A stretch of 64,000 nt of DNA from contig CM097885.1 in the NCBI GenBank assembly GCA_044892525.1, positions 18,788,001 to 18,852,000 of the forward strand, in the 5' to 3' direction. The position numbers and the translations under genes were made by a program. Shown here in pieces: positions 60,961 to 64,000 of this stretch. The notes under the pieces were generated by a model. It had not been told where the DNA came from. It saw only the letters and a program-made list of their open reading frames with translations, and did no database searches. Within the stretch, counting starts at the first letter, position 1. Every line of letters begins with the position of its first letter. The stretch comes from Schmidtea polychroa (Eukaryota).

Positions 60961-63127
60961 CAACCATACATATTATTGGTGTGTCGATAAACGAATGTAA
61001 TTGTGGCTAAAACTCGATATCTTCACAATTGTCTAGCTTTTGATAGTTTAAAGGTTCACCTATACTTATGTCATCAAATTCTTCATTTGGTTCAAATTGA
61101 GATTCATTATTGATAATATTTTCTTGAAAATTATCCATAATGACCATATTTTCAATAAACGATAAAACTTAGAACAAATAAAACTTTGAGAATTTATAGT
61201 TGTTGGACTGTCGACGAAATCAAAAATTATTGATTTGGCTTCAGTGTATTACTTAACAATAATGAATTTCAGACAATATAAACGTTTATTGATCAACTCA
61301 ATTGATTACCAATTTACAGGACTCTAATAATTCAATATTAAAACTATGATTATGAATACTTATTGCAACCCTTCGGAAGGATTAGCACGCGTGTAACACA
61401 TCTCGGAAATCACAACCAGTTAACTACTGTTTCTGGTTTGGGCAATCGATAAAACCGGTTTAATTGCTCTTATGGCATTATCTTGAAATCGCAATTAATA
61501 GGTTCAATTTGGTTTTGATTTGCATTTGAGATCTAACAATATTTCTCAGTTAATTTCGTAATTTATTTAGCGTTTAGTTTTAATTCTGTTTTCCCATCTG
61601 TCCTCTTTTAAATAGTGATTCCCTTTTCTTTTCAACTTGCATCTCCTTTTGCTCCTTTATAAATTGTGTCTCTGAATCCAAATTTTGTTTTTATTGTCTA
61701 GCATCCAATAACATTTCCAGGTGATAATGTCTACTTCCAGCACATTCTATTGAATCATCCATAATTTTAATATTATCTCTGACAACTGCCAAGATATTTA
61801 ATTTTTAAATGTGTTATTTTTCAACTTCCCCGGTGATTCATTTTCTTTATCTCAAATAATCTATTAATGCGAGGCTGACCTTCATGTTGTCGACCCCGTG
61901 GATGACAATCATTGTAAGACTCGTCGAAGCGACTCAGTCACAGAGGTGACATTATGAGTCTAGAAAATTAAAAATGAAGCGGAAATAGTGGAGAATAGGA
62001 TATTGTCAAACTAGATTCATCTCACCCCTGCCTATTATTTTTATTGTCAAATTATATCTGACTTTTACACTTGAAGTTTCCGGGAATTATCAAGATTAAC
62101 AAATACAGATAGGCGACTAGATTTCTACAATTGGTTGGATTGTTCAAAATGTAACAAGGAAATGAGTATCTTCATGTTGGCTGTAGGTATAATCAGAGCC
62201 TGTTAGAGACCCAGGCCTGACATCGTGTGGCCCCTAAATTTTTTGTTTTGTTAGCACCACTTCCATAGGTCCTCTTCGTGTTTTAATTACCGCCCTAGTT
62301 TATTTATTATCAATAATCAAAGCTAAACAAAATAGTGCAGTTTGGGGGCCATGTCAAAAGACCCCCCTCTTTGGGCCCTGGGTATAATTCAAAGGCGTCT
62401 TTAATACCGAGATGTAATTGGACATTTTTTGACTAAATCAACAGTTGACAAAATTCACTCTAGATGGACTAATGCGAAGTTAGTGATCCTGCAAACATGA
62501 AAATTGACTAAGAGGAATAAAGTGGCCAATGGCAAGCCTTGTTCTTCTAAGTTCTTTAAAAGTTAGATAAATATCCTTTCGTATTATCCTACTGGTATTC
62601 ATTCCATATAACAAATAGGTATTAGTCAACACGGTGGATAATAATTGCATGAATAACTAATGTCAAAAATCTTTAAAAAAATAATATTTGAAATAATTAA
62701 TACAAAAATCAATAATTATTGAATGTTTATGAAAAAAATGGAATTCATATTTTTAGGTTACGCCGGAATGTCCGCATAATTGAAAATTTATATATTAATA
62801 TATAAAGATTGGACTATGTCTGGCGAACAAAATACCCAAAACATTATTGCCAAAATGAAATCCAAATATGATAGTAAAATGTAATTTAAATGCCAGAAGA
62901 CGTCCTTATTCATATTTATGAAATAAAAATTATTAACTTTTCTCATTTCTAAAATATTTTCGTTTGATCTTGATTCCATATCAAGAGTCGATCTGAACTT
63001 ACTTGCTTTCCTAGAATTATAAATTATTTTAAATAATCCAGAGAACATTTTATGATAAATTTATTTAAATACAATAGTTTCAATATTAAATATTTATAAA
63101 AAATAGTTCACCAGCATTGTAGTAAAT

Positions 63128-63895
63128 TTATCTGCTAGTAGACCGTCTTCCACTTGTTGATCGTCTAGTGTAAGAAGTTTTCGAATATCGGGAACTTTTA
63201 TATGTCATCCTAGGAGATCTACTAGTAGATCTTCGATAAGATCTACTTGTTGATCTTCTTTTCATTGTTCTTCTTCGTGATCGACTACGCGATCTACTGG
63301 TTGAACGCCTGGGGCCCCTTCTTTGTGCCTTGAAAGGTGAACGCCGTCCATCATGGCTTCTAGATCTTCTATGGTAATCTCTACCATTTCGTCTATTCGA
63401 TACTTTACCCATGTAGTAACCAGGTGTTGGAGTATGAGCTTTTTTAGTTATACTGTAATCAACGCGAATAACTTTTCCATCGAGATTCATTCCACTAGCC
63501 TCTTTCACCGCTCTTGTAGCAGATCCCAAGTCTTCATAATTAATAAAACCGTATCCCATGGACTCGTGATGATATTTATCCATAATCAATTTAACCGATG
63601 CAATGCGACCGAATTTCTCAAATGTTTCCCATAAAGTTTGCTCTTCCGTTCTTTTGTTCAAACCAAAAACGCCAATGCATGTACAAGGTTCAGGTCGTTC
63701 ATTCATACGGTTTCTACGATTATTTCGAGATGGAGATCTTGAATAAGATCTAGAATAATTTCTATCGTTTGACGTTGTTCTGCGACGAGTAATTCTATCA
63801 TTTGAAATACTTCTGGATCGAGACTTCGAAGACCTTTCACTGGAACGACTATCTCTTTCACTATAATCCGAACTATATTTACCACTTTTAGTCAT
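63128..63895 (-). CDS. TRA2: Transformer-2-like SR splicing factor (RS-RRM-RS), single-exon CDS
   Basis: CIGVFGL and GYGFINY RNP motifs, plus the TRA2 signature IRVDYSITKKAHTPTPGYYMG. Confidence 0.9.
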   Translation of the reverse strand: MTKSGKYSSDYSERDSRSSERSSKSRSRSISNDRITRRRTTSNDRNYSRSYSRSPSRNNRRNRMNERPEPCTCIGVFGLNKRTEEQTLWETFEKFGRIASVKLIMDKYHHESMGYGFINYEDLGSATRAVKEASGMNLDGKVIRVDYSITKKAHTPTPGYYMGKVSNRRNGRDYHRRSRSHDGRRSPFKAQRRGPRRSTSRSRSRSRRRTMKRRSTSRSYRRSTSRSPRMTYKSSRYSKTSYTRRSTSGRRSTSR

Positions 63896-64000
63896 AATAA
63901 ATTATAACTCAATTAAATATGATTGTCAAAAATGACAAATATATTTAAACAAACTTTTATTTTATGTAATTCAAATGTAAATAAAATTTATTATAAATAT

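Overview
AT-rich eukaryotic (metazoan) genomic DNA with very short GT-AG introns (43-48 nt). A triclad flatworm is plausible, but that is inference only. Host genes are the 3' exons of a GPI-anchored Ly6/uPAR-type gene (~7.9-8.4 kb, -), a 7-exon DNAAF4/DYX1C1 (51.7-59.7 kb, -) and an intronless TRA2-like SR gene (63.1-63.9 kb, -). The rest is mostly transposon-derived: five hAT-superfamily elements (one intact), MITEs, and Helitron, Penelope, piggyBac and LTR remnants. The standout is a young 15.9-kb Ty3/Gypsy LTR element (28558-44459; near-identical LTRs, ATAG TSD, tRNA-Trp PBS) with a virus-like set of accessory modules. In order these are Gag with 4 zinc knuckles, two [helical + ubiquitin-like] repeats, a Bcl-2-like domain, a chuvirus-type glycoprotein placed between gag and pol (internally deleted in this copy) with a PTAP/YPxnL tail, PR-RT-RH-IN, and an in-frame FN3-like type I membrane protein ending in a PDZ motif. 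It also carries a separate DEDDh exonuclease gene and an antisense, intron-containing SURF4-like gene. Separately, three diverged copies of a ~210-nt sequence show covarying stems, GNRA tetraloops and a possible pseudoknot, suggesting an unannotated structured RNA. All domain calls come from motif recognition by eye; no searches were run.
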